This document shows positions 50,562-63,200 of a DNA stretch of 64,000 nt, in pieces; within the stretch, counting starts at the first letter, position 1; each line of letters begins with the position of its first letter. The stretch comes from Heteronotia binoei (Eukaryota): contig NC_083227.1 in the NCBI RefSeq assembly GCF_032191835.1, positions 116,870,001-116,934,000 on the forward strand, in the 5' to 3' direction. A program made the translations under genes and the position numbers. The notes beneath the pieces are model-generated. The model saw only the letters and a program-made list of their open reading frames with translations, did no database searches and was not told the origin of the DNA.

Positions 50562-50830
50562 AGAATCATAGAGCTGAAAGGGACCTCCAGGGTCATCTAG
50601 TCCAACCACACACACAATGAAGGAATTCACAAATACCTCCCCCTAAATTCACAGGATCTGCATCACCATCAGATGGCCATCCAGCCTCTGTTTAAAAATC
50701 TCCAAGGAAAGAGAGCCCACCACCTCCTATGGAAGCCTGTTCCACTGAGAAACTGCTCTGTCAGGAAGTCCTTCCTAATGTTGAGCTGGAAACTCTTCTG
50801 ATTTAATTTCTTCTGGGGCCACAGAAAACA
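50562..50830 (-). mobile_element. CR1 3' end fragment
   Basis: atagaatcatagag...gggacctccagggtcatctagtccaacc is the reverse complement of the CR1 3' terminus. Confidence 0.78.
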
Positions 50831-51703
50831 ATTCTGCACCATCCTCTATGTTACCTGGATCTATATTAAATTCCCTCTTCCCCCCAGTGTTAATTGTTGA
50901 GTCTTCTTGCAGTTCACAGTATTGCAAATAGTTCTTTTGTGGGTAGGAGCCACATAGCTTCCTGAGAGTCAAAAAGTTATTTTTGTAATGCTTGTCACCT
51001 GCAGGCGATTGATAAGATTATAGGTGAAGGAAGGCAACATGCAATCATGAATATGAATTAATACCCTTTTTTCAGTGTGAGTTTGTGTTCAGGCTAGAAT
51101 GGCAGCTCCTTCCATTTGTTCATAACTAAGTCTGCTCATACACTGAAATTAGCACAATTAGATGGAAACTAAATCTGGCAACCAGCTAGGTCAACCAAAA
51201 CAAGGAGTGCTAGGTCTTCTTGCCTATCCTCACTCAGTCTGATCTCAACTGACAGACCTGCTTGACACAAAGCGGTACACCTTCACATTAGCCAGACTTT
51301 TTATATTGGAAATGGAATGTATGCAGTTACTAGAATTAATTTACATTTTAATTTTACAATTGCCATCCAATTATATGGAGGCCAATTGTGTAAGAACAAA
51401 ATTGACCCCTGTACCAAGAAAGCTCTGAGGGTAGGTAAATTGGCTAATTGAAGTCATGTTAATCCCGTGCTATCAGTGGTGGCATATAACTATATACCTG
51501 ATTTACCTTTCTCCAACATTTAGTATTTGTGCATCCAAATACACATCCATGCATATTTTGAAAGCAATCGTGGTAATGGAGGAGGATGTGGGATGTCCCA
51601 CATTAAAGCCTGGCACTCTACTATAATCATTCAGAAAACAGACCAGTCATATAACAGCTTTGACTTTAAGGTTGGATTGCAAAAGGGCTGGATTATACCT
51701 AGG

Positions 51704-52058
51704 CAGGGCTTTGTTTATAGCAGGAACTCCTTTGCATATTAGGCCAATCCTCCAAGAGCTTACATGGGTCTTATTACAGGGCCTACTGTAAATCCTCCAA
51801 GAGCTTGCATGGGTCTTATTGCCAGGCCTACTGTAAGCTCTTGGAGGATTGGCTACGTCAGGGGTTTGTGGCCTAATATGCAAAGGTGTTCCTGCTACAA
51901 AAAAAAAAAAGCCCTGTACCCCAAACTTTTTTGTAGAAAAAGCCCAGCAGGAACTCCCTTGCATATTAGGCCACATTCCTGATGTCACCATTGTTTCACC
52001 CCTGATGCCAAGCCAGCCAGAACTGTATTCCTGCGTGTTCCAGCTCAAAAAAAGCCCT
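51704..52058. mobile_element. Two adjacent CAGGGCTT-type hAT MITEs; the first has an internal duplication of about 43 bp
   Basis: Homologous to 28352 and 55113. aatcctccaagagctt is repeated at about 51746 and 51791. Confidence 0.75.
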
Positions 52059-53198
52059 TATTGTACCAGAGGAAGAGTGATCTCACTTGGTTCCTCTCCC
52101 CACTTCAACTCCATTGCATGTGTATTTTTTGTGCTGGCAGATCACACAACCTCTGCTATGGTCCTTTTGGAGATCAAAATGAACTCCTCCTTCTTACTGC
52201 TCCACCCCAACCCTGAGAACTCCCAAGGCTCCCTCACTAACAGGCAGAGAAAGTTCACTCCTCACAAAGTGAAACCTACTGGGACTGTTCTCCATTCATT
52301 ATCTCTCTGTTTAGTGGGCTAGTCTTCTCTTTGAGTTGACAGGGGAGGAACATCATTCTGCATGCATATTAGGCAGGCAAATGCTGCAGCCAGGATTTTT
52401 CATCTCCTGAGTGAAAAGCAGCCTTTAGATTTTGCTCTCTGGAGACACAAGCTACCATGGGACTGATATTATCCATTTAGTCATTGAATTTTATTTCTAT
52501 AATGATTACATAATTTCTCTATAAGATATCTGCACAGATTATATCTCAAGGAAAGGTGGTGTATAAATTTTCTAAAGACAAAAATATTTTCCCTGTATAT
52601 TTACAAATTTATCTTGATATAAAACTCATAAAAAGAACCCTCCAAAGTTAATACCAATAAAATAATATCTAAAAGCTTGGGTAATATAAAGCAATAAATA
52701 AAACTAGTGTTCAAATTAAAACATAGGACTTGATCAAGGCCATCTGCTGATAATTGTGTTGAGTTAGGGCTGACAGATTTCCAGAATACAACCCATTGAG
52801 GATTATAGGGATGGGGCTTGGTGATGTCATACTGAATAGCAGTACTAATGGTACTCCTTTCACACACCACTTGGTATCTGAGTCTTGATTCTGGGGAGTT
52901 AAGGTGAGATGTAAATATTTTAAGTAAACAATCAAACTGTATTCTATAGTTATTTATGAATTATGAGTATTTAGTATTTACGAGTGCATACGGTCTTTGC
53001 ATTTACCATGCACAAAAAAACACAACTGGTATTTGAAACCTGTTAGGGTCACAGTACTACTTCCTATCTCCAATTTACACCTGCGGTAGTTACCATAAAG
53101 CAGACATGCATAGCAGCCATCTGTTGCATGAGCTAGAGGGTGTCCTTGAGATGTCAAACTGCTGCCCTGAGACTTTGAGAATGAGCCTTAAAATCTAA

Positions 53199-53477
53199 GG
53201 CTGTTTTCCCACTTACCTTACCCCGGAGCGACGTCCCTCTTCACCGCGCTGCGTCTGCGCGGATTTCGCACAAACTGCTGTGCAACACCAGGAAGAGCCG
53301 CGTAGTCCCGGGGCTTTTGCGTCGCAAATGTAAACCTGCTTTTTGGCGGTTTACATTTGCGACACAAAAGCCCCAGGACTCTTCCTGGTGCTGCGCAGCA
53401 GTTTGTGAGAAATCCGCGCAGACGCAGCGTGGTGAAGAGGGACGTCGCTCTGGGGTAAGGTAAGTGGGAAAACGGCC
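53199..53477. mobile_element. Young, near-perfect palindromic MITE (PIF/Harbinger-like, 279 bp)
   Basis: Arms ggctgttttcccacttaccttacccc... and ...ggggtaaggtaagtgggaaaacggcc, flanked by taa and tca. CpGs are retained. Confidence 0.82.
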
Positions 53478-53800
53478 TCAGAGTCAGAGGCTTGCCAACG
53501 CTACTGATGAATAAAGCACCCCCCCCCCCCAGTCTGTACACACAGATGTGGATACACACAGTGACAGCCATCATTGTAGGAAATCAGTTCTTAATCCCAT
53601 CTCATTCAGGCCTCTCGCCATGTATCATGCAAGTTATCTGTACTCTGGAGCCTGAGTAATTTACATGGATCACAGGCAAAAGGACTAGATAGCTGTCAGT
53701 GAAGAGAAGACTACAGGGTAACAGTGTTCTATTCAGCCTGGTGGAGTTCTTTGCAGATACACACCACAACAAGGCTTGGACTTTCAACACTCTCACACTT

Positions 53801-54078
53801 AGATAGCCAGTTTGGTGTAGTGGTTAAGTGTGCGGACTCTTATCTGGGAGAACCAGGTTTGATTCCCCATTCTTCCACTTGTACCTTCTGGAATGGCCTT
53901 GGTTTAGCCATAGCTCTGGCAGAGGTCCTTGAAAGGGCAGCTGCTGTGAGAGCCCTCTCAGCCCTACCCACCTCACAGGGTGTCTATTGTGGGGGGAGAA
54001 GATGTAGGAGATTGTAAGCTGCTCTTAGTCTCTGATTCAGAGAGAAGGGCAGGGTATAAATCTGCAATTCTTCTTCTT
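53801..54078 (+). mobile_element. tRNA-derived SINE (Squam3-like), full length
   Basis: A/B boxes, shared body and (ttc)n tail. Confidence 0.85.
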
Positions 54079-54738
54079 TATGTCAGAATGTGAAATGATG
54101 CACCTTGTGCTGCTTCTGATATGTAAAAGTGAGATTAATTGAAATGCTTCAATCTGGAACAGCTGTAAAGGTTGCTTTCTAGAAAAATAAAAGAAGTCTG
54201 GTTGCATCTTAAGGTCTAACAACATTTATTTCAATATTTATGTTTGTAGCTATCTATTTAGAACATTTTAAAGGTGCCTTTCCACCTGATCAGTGTCTCC
54301 AATGCAGCACACATAACATTAATACACTTGAAGAATTAAAACCAACATTTCAAATTGTAAAATAGTTCTATAAAAACCCATAACAAACAATACTAGAGCC
54401 AAGGAGGAGGGCCAATAACTTTTTGGGGGGTTATACTGAAGAAAACAGAAATTTTCACCTTTTGGTGGAACATACTGACAGAAGGAGATAAGAGAAATTT
54501 TCCTCACTATATATAAGCTCTTGTGAGTCACATCTCACTTCCTCAGATAGATATTTGAAGGGGAAATCATACTGAAAATTCATATGGGGGAGATTGTGGG
54601 GAAGGGGAGAGGAGCCAAGACTGTATGAATTATATATTGAATTTTTCAAATATAAATTCTCAATGTAAAGGGAAATGGTCTCAAGGCTTCAATGAGAGTG
54701 GAGGCTCTCCTGGAAGCAGCAATAGAAGAAAAAATTAA

Positions 54739-54962
54739 AAGACCTTGTCTACTTACAGGAAATTTTTATCAATGAGTTCCTGGTGATTCCTAGAGCTACT
54801 TGGAAGTGACAAAGTGTTGCTCTAGGAATCACTGGAAGCTATATGGCAAGAATGTCCAGTTGACCATAAGCATTCTGGAGATTCCTAAAGCTATGCCTTG
54901 TTACTTCTGGGAATCACTACCAGCTCTATGTAAAGAAGTTCCTGTAAGTAAATGAAGCCTTA
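54739..54962. mobile_element. Old MITE-like element with nested inverted repeats
   Basis: acttacaggaa and ttcctgtaagt ends. Internal 14-bp stem gtgattcctagagc/gctctaggaatcac. Confidence 0.5.
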
Positions 54963-55112
54963 TTTTTCTTTTCAGTTTCTCTCCCAAGATGTTTTCCCCC
55001 ACCAAACACTCTCATTGGTTGCCAGGAAACCCTAATAAATGGGAGAAGTTAATGTAGAAAGGTTCAGTGTGAATCCCATCATAAATCAACAGAATTACTA
55101 GTTATATATGTT

Positions 55113-55309
55113 CAGGGCTTTTTTTTTTTGTAGAAAAAGCCCAGCAGGAACTCATTTGCATATGAGGCCACACACCCTGACATTGTTTCATACAGCACTG
55201 TTTTGTAGAAAAGGCTCAGCAGGGACTCATTTGCATATTAGGCCCACCTCCCCAATGCCAAGCCAGCTGCAACTGATTTCCTGTGCATTCCTGCTCAAAA
55301 CAAGCCCTG
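55113..55309 (+). mobile_element. CAGGGCTT-type hAT MITE whose right end was duplicated by an L1 insertion
   Basis: Left TIR at 55113, right TIR ending at 55309 and again at 56110. Outer TSD tatatgtt/tatatgct. Confidence 0.82.
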
Positions 55310-55312
55310 TAT

Positions 55313-56097
55313 GAAAATTTTTTTAAACTATTTCACAGATGGTATCTTACCCCGGTACAGATAGCTAAATTTAACCGTGCAATGTCACCTGTATGTTGGA
55401 AGTGCAAAGTAGATATTGGTTCATTTTATCATATGTGGTGGAACTGTAAAGTGGCCAAAACTTTCTGGAAAAAGATACACTGTATGATAAAGGAAATATT
55501 AGCTAGAGATTTTGTCTTTGAACCAGAAGTGATGCTATTATCATTTATTAAGAATACAGTTCCACAAGCAGAAGAATACATGGTGATTTATATTATAACT
55601 GCGGCAAGGATAGTGTACGCTAAGTACTGGCGTCAGGAGAGGGGTCCGAACCTGAGTGAAGTTATCGAAAAAGTCTTGGATGCCGCCGAAATGGATGTAC
55701 TTTCAAATATGTTAAGAGGAGAATCTAAAGATGACGCTGTTAGAAACTGGGGCAAGTTTTATGAATGGTACGAGAAAAAAGAAAATATTTTTATCACTGA
55801 TAAAACCGAAAAAACTTAAAAATAATTATTATCTAAAAATTATCTAAAAATGATTTGTTGTATTTATAATTTGTTCTGAATTCTATAAAGCAGATAAAAA
55901 ATCGTGTAATTGTAATGTAACGATCTAAAGTTAAACACTGTTTGTATTTAAGTTAAGATAGATGCCGCGGACATTCAAGTTTATTCAACTCTACTTATGT
56001 AAATAACGTGTATATATTATGTGACAGTAAGTTGATGAAGTGGGTGTATTAATGCCATTGACATTGATACAAAGAAAATAAAAATTATTATGGCAAA
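55313..56097 (+). mobile_element. 5'-truncated young L1-clade LINE (ORF2 C-terminal cysteine-rich domain plus 3' UTR)
   Basis: ORF to 55819 with LFHRWYLTP...CWKC...FYHMWWNC...ITAARIVYAKYW. AATAAA near 56077. 16-bp TSD aaaacaagccctgtat at 55297-55312 and 56098-56113. Confidence 0.9.
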
Positions 56098-57019
56098 AAA
56101 ACAAGCCCTGTATATGCTGGATAGACAGTCAGGTGAGAGGTTCAAAAAGATAAACAAATAGTGTAAGTGAAAATTAACTGATAGCGATACAAGGTTATAG
56201 TCTGATAAAACACATAAAGAACAGCCATTTAAAATCATTAAAAAGTAGATCCTGTAGAGCTATTAGAAATTATAGCAAGTAAGGAAATCAAAATCTCTGT
56301 TAAAGCCAGGATGGCACTGTGGCTGATTGGGTCACTTCACACAGTTCAGCTGCTGGTGGTGGGGCACTTCTGGCAGCATGGCTGAAAATAAATAGGGCTG
56401 GGCTGGAAGATGAATGCTGCTGCCAATGGAGGAGCAGGACCAGGCCTGTCCACCAGGGTCTTCAAAGGCCAGCAAAGGGAAGCATGGGCCAGGAACCTGC
56501 AGCCACAACGAAGAGCAGTCGGCTGCTTGTGGCGAGAAGGGACAGGCACTAGGAAAGCATGACATCAGAGAGACTGGAGGAGGAGAAGATGCCCCAGAGA
56601 CACTTCCAAGGGCCCAGCAGCAACAGCAGCCCAGAGAAGCAGTGCCCAAGAAGCCACAGGAGGAAGGTGAGCCCAGGGAAGGAAGATGGGTAAATATGCT
56701 CAAATTGGCCAACAATAGAGGACAGGAACAAATTCATAGCCCCCATGGAAGGAAAAGGGAAGCCCCAGGAGCAGAGCAGGTGTCCAGCTGGAGAAGTTGC
56801 CCCAGGGCTGGATTGCAGCAGGGACTACCAGACCTACTAGCTGTGTAGGAGAACTGGAAGCATCAGAAATGTAGCAGGCACAGAGCTGTGAGGGCTTTAT
56901 GAGTGGTTTGGGGGGCATTGTTAAAAAGACTAAGGGACAGGCCAACAAGGAGCCACTGAAGACCCATCCCCATAGTAGGGACTGGAAACAGGTCTGAGGC
57001 CATCACTGATGGTGACAAA

Positions 57020-57564
57020 TATGTAGCATTTCATTTGTTTGATGAATTCTAATTCAGCACTTTCAGGTTGCATATTGCTTTTATCTTCCCCCCCTTCTTT
57101 TTAGAACCATGACTTGCAGGTCTGTAATAGAATGTCTAGGAATATTAAAAATTCCCTTCACTGGTTTCTGAATATTGTGATTTCTTATGCATAGTTTGTA
57201 TTCATTGATTATCTCATGCAGAGACCATGTTTGTCCAAAATAGACACTAGAAGGCATTGTTGTCATATGATGCCATATATTAAATTGAATAATGTGCAGA
57301 TAGATGAGTCCAGACTCATGTTATTAGGTATATTGCCCAAATGTATATGAGGATAAAATTGGCATCTAGGTTTGTCGTAGAATTTGGTTCCTAGGTTTGT
57401 GTCTCTGTAAGATGATCCATGGTTGTTGGTGATAGAGGTGTTTTAAGTTGGAAAGGCTGGTCATTCAAAGCCTGTTAAACAGAAATATTGTTATCCAGGA
57501 GGGACTGTAGGTTCTTGATGATGCATTGAAATTGTTTAAATTGTACACTGTAAGAAATTCTGTT
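57020..57564 (-). mobile_element. Penelope-like element, GIY-YIG endonuclease portion (degenerate)
   Basis: Minus ORF 57081..57266 reads VYFGQTWSLHEIINEYKLCIRNHNIQKPVKGIFNIPRHSITDL. Upstream linker FQCIIKNLQSLLDN. Confidence 0.75.
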
Positions 57565-60500
57565 ATTTTTTAAAATATAAATTGATTTTATTAAAGTATC
57601 AAAATATAACAGTAAGAATCATTACCAAAAGTCAATACAAGTTCAAAGAAATATCATTTGGACAGAAATACAGAATAAAGAGACATCACTGCAAATAAAA
57701 AGAAAAAATTAAGAATCTCCAAAGACTATATCAATATAACTATCAGTTAACAAGTAAACTTTGGGTTTAAAGATATAGGAAAAAACAACCAATATAATAT
57801 TAGCCTAAATAAGATGTCCTAGATATTCTACAAAGAGTTAAGAAACACAAAATGGCCACAACATATTGAGTTCTACCAAGAGTAAATTACCGGAAAATTT
57901 AAAAGTAAACATATTATTGTTCATAATAACACAGTACAGTGTGCATTTATAGATCAACATCTAAAAATTCAGAAGTAATAAACACAGTAAAAAAACAAGG
58001 AATCTGTTCACCTTAGGGTACTGTCCACAAGAAGTTAAAAATATAATAACCATTTATGTACTTGGGACTAGTCTGAGGAAATAAATTGTTTTTGGGTAAG
58101 AAATTACAAAATAGGAAACCATTAGCCTTCAAAATTGGATCTTGGAGAGCACAAAGAGTTATTTATTTTGTCATTAACAGCATCCATAAGATAGTGGTCC
58201 CAGAATTTACAGAACCAGAGAGTTATGTAGAAGGCTATTTATTCTTCCAATAAGAGACTATAGTAGGTTTAGTAGAAACCGGTAAAGTGTCTACAAGATC
58301 AGAGTGCTTCTGAGGTAAAATGAGTAGGCCAAAAGTTGAGAAAAAAGTATTTCAGGAAAGAAAGGAACCTCAACATTGGTGATAAATTTAATACAGGAAA
58401 AAAATGCACTCCAAAATGTATACCCCTGTGTAGATAGACAGAGCTGTACATAGACAGAGCTGCCCACAGTCTCAAGGGAATGGTAGAAAACCCAATTAAA
58501 GCTTGCCTAGAAAAACATTTAGAGGAACAAGCCCTGGAAAGGAAAAGGTGGCCTCAAGGAAATCCTTCCTGAGGCCCTCTGAATTTGTCTGCAGGTCATT
58601 ACAGCCAACCCAGTAGATAATATAAGCTCAGGTTTCCAAAAGAGAGGTTGTCCCTCAAAAAAGACTCTTAAGTAAGCACACAAGAAGATGGTTTGTTAAC
58701 AGGTTGAGAAACAGGGAGCAGTGGAAAAAAAAACATTTTTCCTAAGGAAAGGAGCTGAGTTCCGCAAGAAGCCACCATCATTCAGGATGATGATGGTGAC
58801 GGGGCCTGATCTGGTGGTGACTCCCCAGAAAAGAAACTCCAGGCTTTGGGTAGTCAGCACAAAGGAAACAAGGAGGGCTGGTGAAAGAACTAAATTCCAT
58901 GCCAGAGGTTCTCAGGAAAAGGGATGAAAAGGGAGCAGTGGTACTGGTAGCTTGTGCCCTCATCTCAAAAAGAATATCCTAGAGCAGGAAAAGATGCAGA
59001 AAAGGGCAACCAAGACCACTGAGAATTTGGCAGGCCCTCCCTACAAAGAAAGGTTATAAAATTTGAGACTTCTCAGTTTAAGGTGGGAAGATATTAAAAG
59101 AGGTAGCATGACAAACACAGCATTGTGACTCTCATATAGAGGAAATGGGCAGCTTGTTTTGCTTCCTTGCACTAGAATTTGGGTAATTCACTCCAATGCT
59201 TAATTAACCTGCAGAATTGACTTCCTGAGCTGTAGTCACAGCCACTGGCTTGGGCAAAACAGATTAGTGGAAGACTGATCTAACATTAAGGGTGAGCCAG
59301 GATCACATAACTGAAACCACCCCATTCAGAGGCAGTATACCTCAGAACGTCCCCCACATCACACCCCCTCCCCAGGTCAGTCGCCTTTCTAGAAATCCCC
59401 ATCTCTGGCTGGCTCTGCCTGGGAGCTAGCTGGCACTATGGCCCTCAAATGTTGAGAGGCATGAGAAGGATGGCTGTACACGGGTCCATGAGGTGCACAG
59501 CAGCTTCAACTGGCTCCACTCTGCTCTCCCGGATCCAGCAGTGCCACTGTACCGGCTGGTCAGGGGTGCTGGGCTCAAAGCTGCAGGGCCTTTTGGAGCT
59601 CTGTGGGCTGGGCTCCATGACTTGGCTGGTGATGCAGGTGATATGGCTGCTCAAGCTACTGGAGACTCAGATAGCACCAGGCCCTCCAAGCAGCCACCAC
59701 CACAACAGGATGTGCCAGCAGGGAAGCAGATCAGGTGGCCAACCGTGCAAGTGCTTGGCAGACAGGCTCAAGCCTGGGCAGGTGGAATCTGTAGGTTGGC
59801 CTTGGCACCAAGGTGCCAATGAGGATCCCTTCCTCCATGGGCAGCCTGATAGGGTGAGCTAGCAGGAGAGCTTTCGTTCCCAGGGGTCAGGGTGTTTTCT
59901 CAGCTGTTGTGCACTTCCAGCACTGCTCTGCTCTGGCACTATCCCGAATGTAGTGGGAGTGCCTTGGTAGCATGATGCCATCAGCAAGCTACAATAAGTC
60001 ATGTGGGGGGCATTCAATTTTGCACCCCCCACAGGACCACACCCTAGGAAAATGCCTAATTTGCCGATTGGGAGGGCTGCCTCTGTATGAGTTACATTAT
60101 GTTTTCTCTACAATTTGAATGATGAGGTATCATAGACAGGAGGGAACCAACTTTGGTTCAAAAATACAGAATAACAAGAAATTTTTGGTAGAAGATATTT
60201 ACCTTTTATTTTTCAAAGATAAGGAAAAATAAAATTATTGTGTATTTTTATTATTTATGACATTTGATGAATCATCCTATCCCAGCTGGCGCCAGGCTCA
60301 GGGTGATGTACATTAAAAAATACATATATCTGTATAAAATCAGTTACATTAAAAATTACAAACCCTGATGGTGTCTTTAAAGTGCTCTTATTCAGTCATT
60401 ACATCACATCAGGTGTGGGGGAATCCCCCCAAGAGGGGGTGGAGAGGGAAAAGGTGCCAGCACGGCAACTGTCACTGCCTTATACAAAGGCTTGTATAAG

Positions 60501-60901
60501 GTCTTTGGGCAAGGGACTCTGATTAGACCATATTATGTCCTCCATTGCAGACCTCAGATTCAGTGGGAGCTCACAGGAGCGCAGCTCCTGAACCTTTCTG
60601 AGAGTTCTACCTCCTCCTTCCCACCTTGTCCATTGAATAGTAGGTGCAGCTACACAACAATCCCTAGATGAGCTCCACCACCTATTTTTCTACAAAACGA
60701 CCCCTGCTCCAATGTATAAGGATATAGTAAGTCATTGTAAAGCCAGATCAGACCCTGCATCTTGACCACATTGGACATAAGAATGGCTTCATGATACTTA
60801 AAAAGATCAGAACTTATTCTGGCTTTCTTCCCCTCCCAACAAAATTCATCAAGGTTTCATGCCAACATTTCATAACTGACATAGGAATTTTTATTGGAAT
60901 T
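57565..60901 (-). mobile_element. Decayed L1-like insertion with secondary insertions (CR1 fragment at about 58965-59280, MITEs), splitting the Penelope element
   Basis: Direct repeat agaaattctgtt at 57553-57564 and 60902-60913. T-rich/tttattaaag 3' end at left. Minus-strand IPIKIP...GRKP L1-like motif at about 60800-60900. Confidence 0.6.
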
Positions 60902-61290
60902 AGAAATTCTGTTGTTGATCCTCTGGGAATGTCCTATAGCAGGCTGGCTCTGGGTAGCAATTCGGCTTTGTTGATCTTGTTCCTTTACTTTAGTAGGTGG
61001 GTACTGTAATTAAAAAAAATGCTTTTCGTAAACCCTCCAGGTGCTAGTTCCTGTCTGAGATCAGAATAAATGTAATGGCAATGCTAGACTATGGATTGTT
61101 TTATATGTTGCTGGTGGTAGCCAGAAGTATGCAAGTTACGTCTAATGGTCAGTGGTTTTTCAATGCGTATGTGTCCGTTGTATACTGACAGTGTTGCCCA
61201 GGGAATCTAGTTGTGTGCGGATTTTTTCATGGTGAGGCTGATATTGGGATGACAACTGATGAAGTCCCAGTGGAATCTTTTGACAGCTTC
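60902..61290 (-). mobile_element. Penelope-like element, RT C-terminal portion (degenerate)
   Basis: Frameshifted minus-strand translation segments CHPNISLTM, KQSIV and LQYPPTKVKEQINKA resemble the Penelope/Poseidon RT thumb region. Confidence 0.7.
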
Positions 61291-62139
61291 CTTCCTATGT
61301 GTCCCATGTATTCTCACTTCCCTGGCTGAGGTGAACCAAGGATTTTCTTCCAGATCTCAAAGTGCAAAAGGGAAGGGATATAAAGGGAAGGATTAAGTAG
61401 CTTAAGTAGGGAAGAATTTGAAAGATAAAGAATTCAGGGTCTGGCCCGGGGGGGAAAGCCCCCTTTGCAGATGAAGAGCTATGTTATCACAGCCTACAGA
61501 CCATGTGAATTATAAGCAGTGATATTTCTATCAGATTGTTACATGCCAGAATGTAACATTTTGCTCTTTTTCTGGTTATGGCCTCTGAGTGTTTGAACAG
61601 TACAGAGAAACTTCCCAACAGCTCTTAATATATATTTTATTTCAACTATCACTCTTTTTTGTCAGGTGAGTTCTTCCACACAGCAGGTGTTCCTTAATGG
61701 TGTTAAGGAATAAACAGAACATACTGACGGACTTACATACCCATTAGCTAATGGATTACTAAGCAAAAGGGACTTCTGTTTAACCTCCTTGCGCTTAGCC
61801 CACTGTTGAGGAGAATATGAAAAGACTATCAACTAACACTCCATCTGTGTTCTCCAGACCCATGGGAAGGGAGCTCAAACTTTAATGCAGTTCTTTTGAT
61901 AGACAGGTGAATGACTGTGGCTAGCATTATGTAATCACACAGCCTAGGAACTATTTATCATATTTAACATCTACACAACATTTACTGGTGGATGCCTCAA
62001 AGGTGCTTGACCTGCCCGGCAGAGACAATTCTGTTAGCATTGCTTGATGAGCCATGCCAAAGGGATTCAGAGGAGCAAAGCTGTAGGATTGAGCATGGTA
62101 GTCCTGTCTCTCTGTTCCACCCGTATAATGTTTCTAGAG

Positions 62140-62320
62140 CAGAGGTGTCAAACTCATTTGTTATGAGGGCTGGATCTTACATAAATGAGACCTTGTCAGG
62201 CCAGACCGTGTGTGTCATAAAATGTAATGCCAGGTAGCAGAGATATAAACTTTATCAATGACATAAATACAATTAAAGATTTTTTTTTTAAAAAAAACCC
62301 TTAAAATAAAACATGCTTAA
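62140..62320 (+). mobile_element. Left end of a Charlie-like hAT element homologous to 29029
   Basis: cagaggtgtcaaactcatttgttatgaggg, preceded by the ttctagag target motif. Confidence 0.75.
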
Positions 62321-62925
62321 TAGATTAGTTCATTAGGCAACCTTGGGCCACTCACATACTCTGTGTAACCTACCTCACAGATTTCTTGTGAGGATAAAAA
62401 AAAGGAGGAGAGGAGAATGATGTAAGCTGCTTTGGGTCCCCATAGAGGAGAAAGACAGGATATAAATTAAATAAATAAATAAATAAAAACATTTGAAAAT
62501 GTGGGACAGATAAAAATTAGTTTGAAAAAGAAACAATATGGGGGTTGCCAGGAAGAGGGGGATAGGATGTAGCATGGGGAGGAAGATACAGGGGAAAGTG
62601 AAGTATCCCCATAAGTCCTTGCATGTTCCATACCAAGGAACTGGGCCTGGCCCAACAGCTGTCACCACACAACTGAGCCATGGTTTCCAAGGCTGCTGAG
62701 GGAAGAGATGGAAAGTTGAAGAGAGAGGGCAGATAAAGGCAGGTTGACTATTGGCTGGGAGGAGAGAAGGAAGCAGGAAAAAGGAACAGACTATGGGGGC
62801 TGCCAGGTAAGGGAAAGCAAAAACAGTGGAGGAGGGGAAAATGAGATACCACCACAAGTGCTTGCAGGTCCCCTGCTTATAAATGAATATAAAATGAAAA
62901 GAAATTGAGAGCATTTTCACCATCC

Positions 62926-63200
62926 AGAGCCAGTTTGGTGTAGTGGTTAGGTGTGCAGACTCTTATCTGGGAGAACTGGGTTTGATTCCCCACTCCTCCA
63001 CTTGCACCTGCTGAAATGGCCTTGGGTTAGCCATAGCTCTGGTAGAGGTTGTCCTTGAAAGGGCAGCTGCTGTGAGAGCCCTCTCAGCCCCACCCACCAC
63101 ACAGGGTATCTGTTGCAGGGGAGGAAGATAAAAGAGATTGTGAGCCACTCTGAGACTCTGAAATTCAGAGTGGAGGGTGGGATATAAATCCAATATCTTC
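62926..63200 (+). mobile_element. tRNA-derived SINE (Squam3-like), full length
   Basis: A/B boxes and (ttc)n tail. Probable 10-bp TSD ttcaccatcc/ttcatcatcc. Confidence 0.87.

Noticed and set aside
53801-53870. tRNA-like A/B boxes (also at 1962, 16248 and 62926)
   Set aside because: These are SINE heads continuing into a shared body and simple-repeat tail. I could not build a complete cloverleaf.
56300-57000. Purine-rich 144-aa ORF (56414..56848) that might be an exon of a downstream gene
   Set aside because: Low-complexity, no domain motif and no clear splice signals. More likely an unclassified repeat remnant.
58471-58481. CTCAAGGGAAT, matching a classic EBF binding-site core (possible autoregulation)
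   Set aside because: A single short match inside a decayed L1-like region, expected by chance.
59327-60085. Candidate element with cagaggcag / ctgcctctg ends
   Set aside because: Only a 9-bp inverted match and the flanks (accccatt versus tatgagtt) give no TSD, so the boundaries are unsupported.
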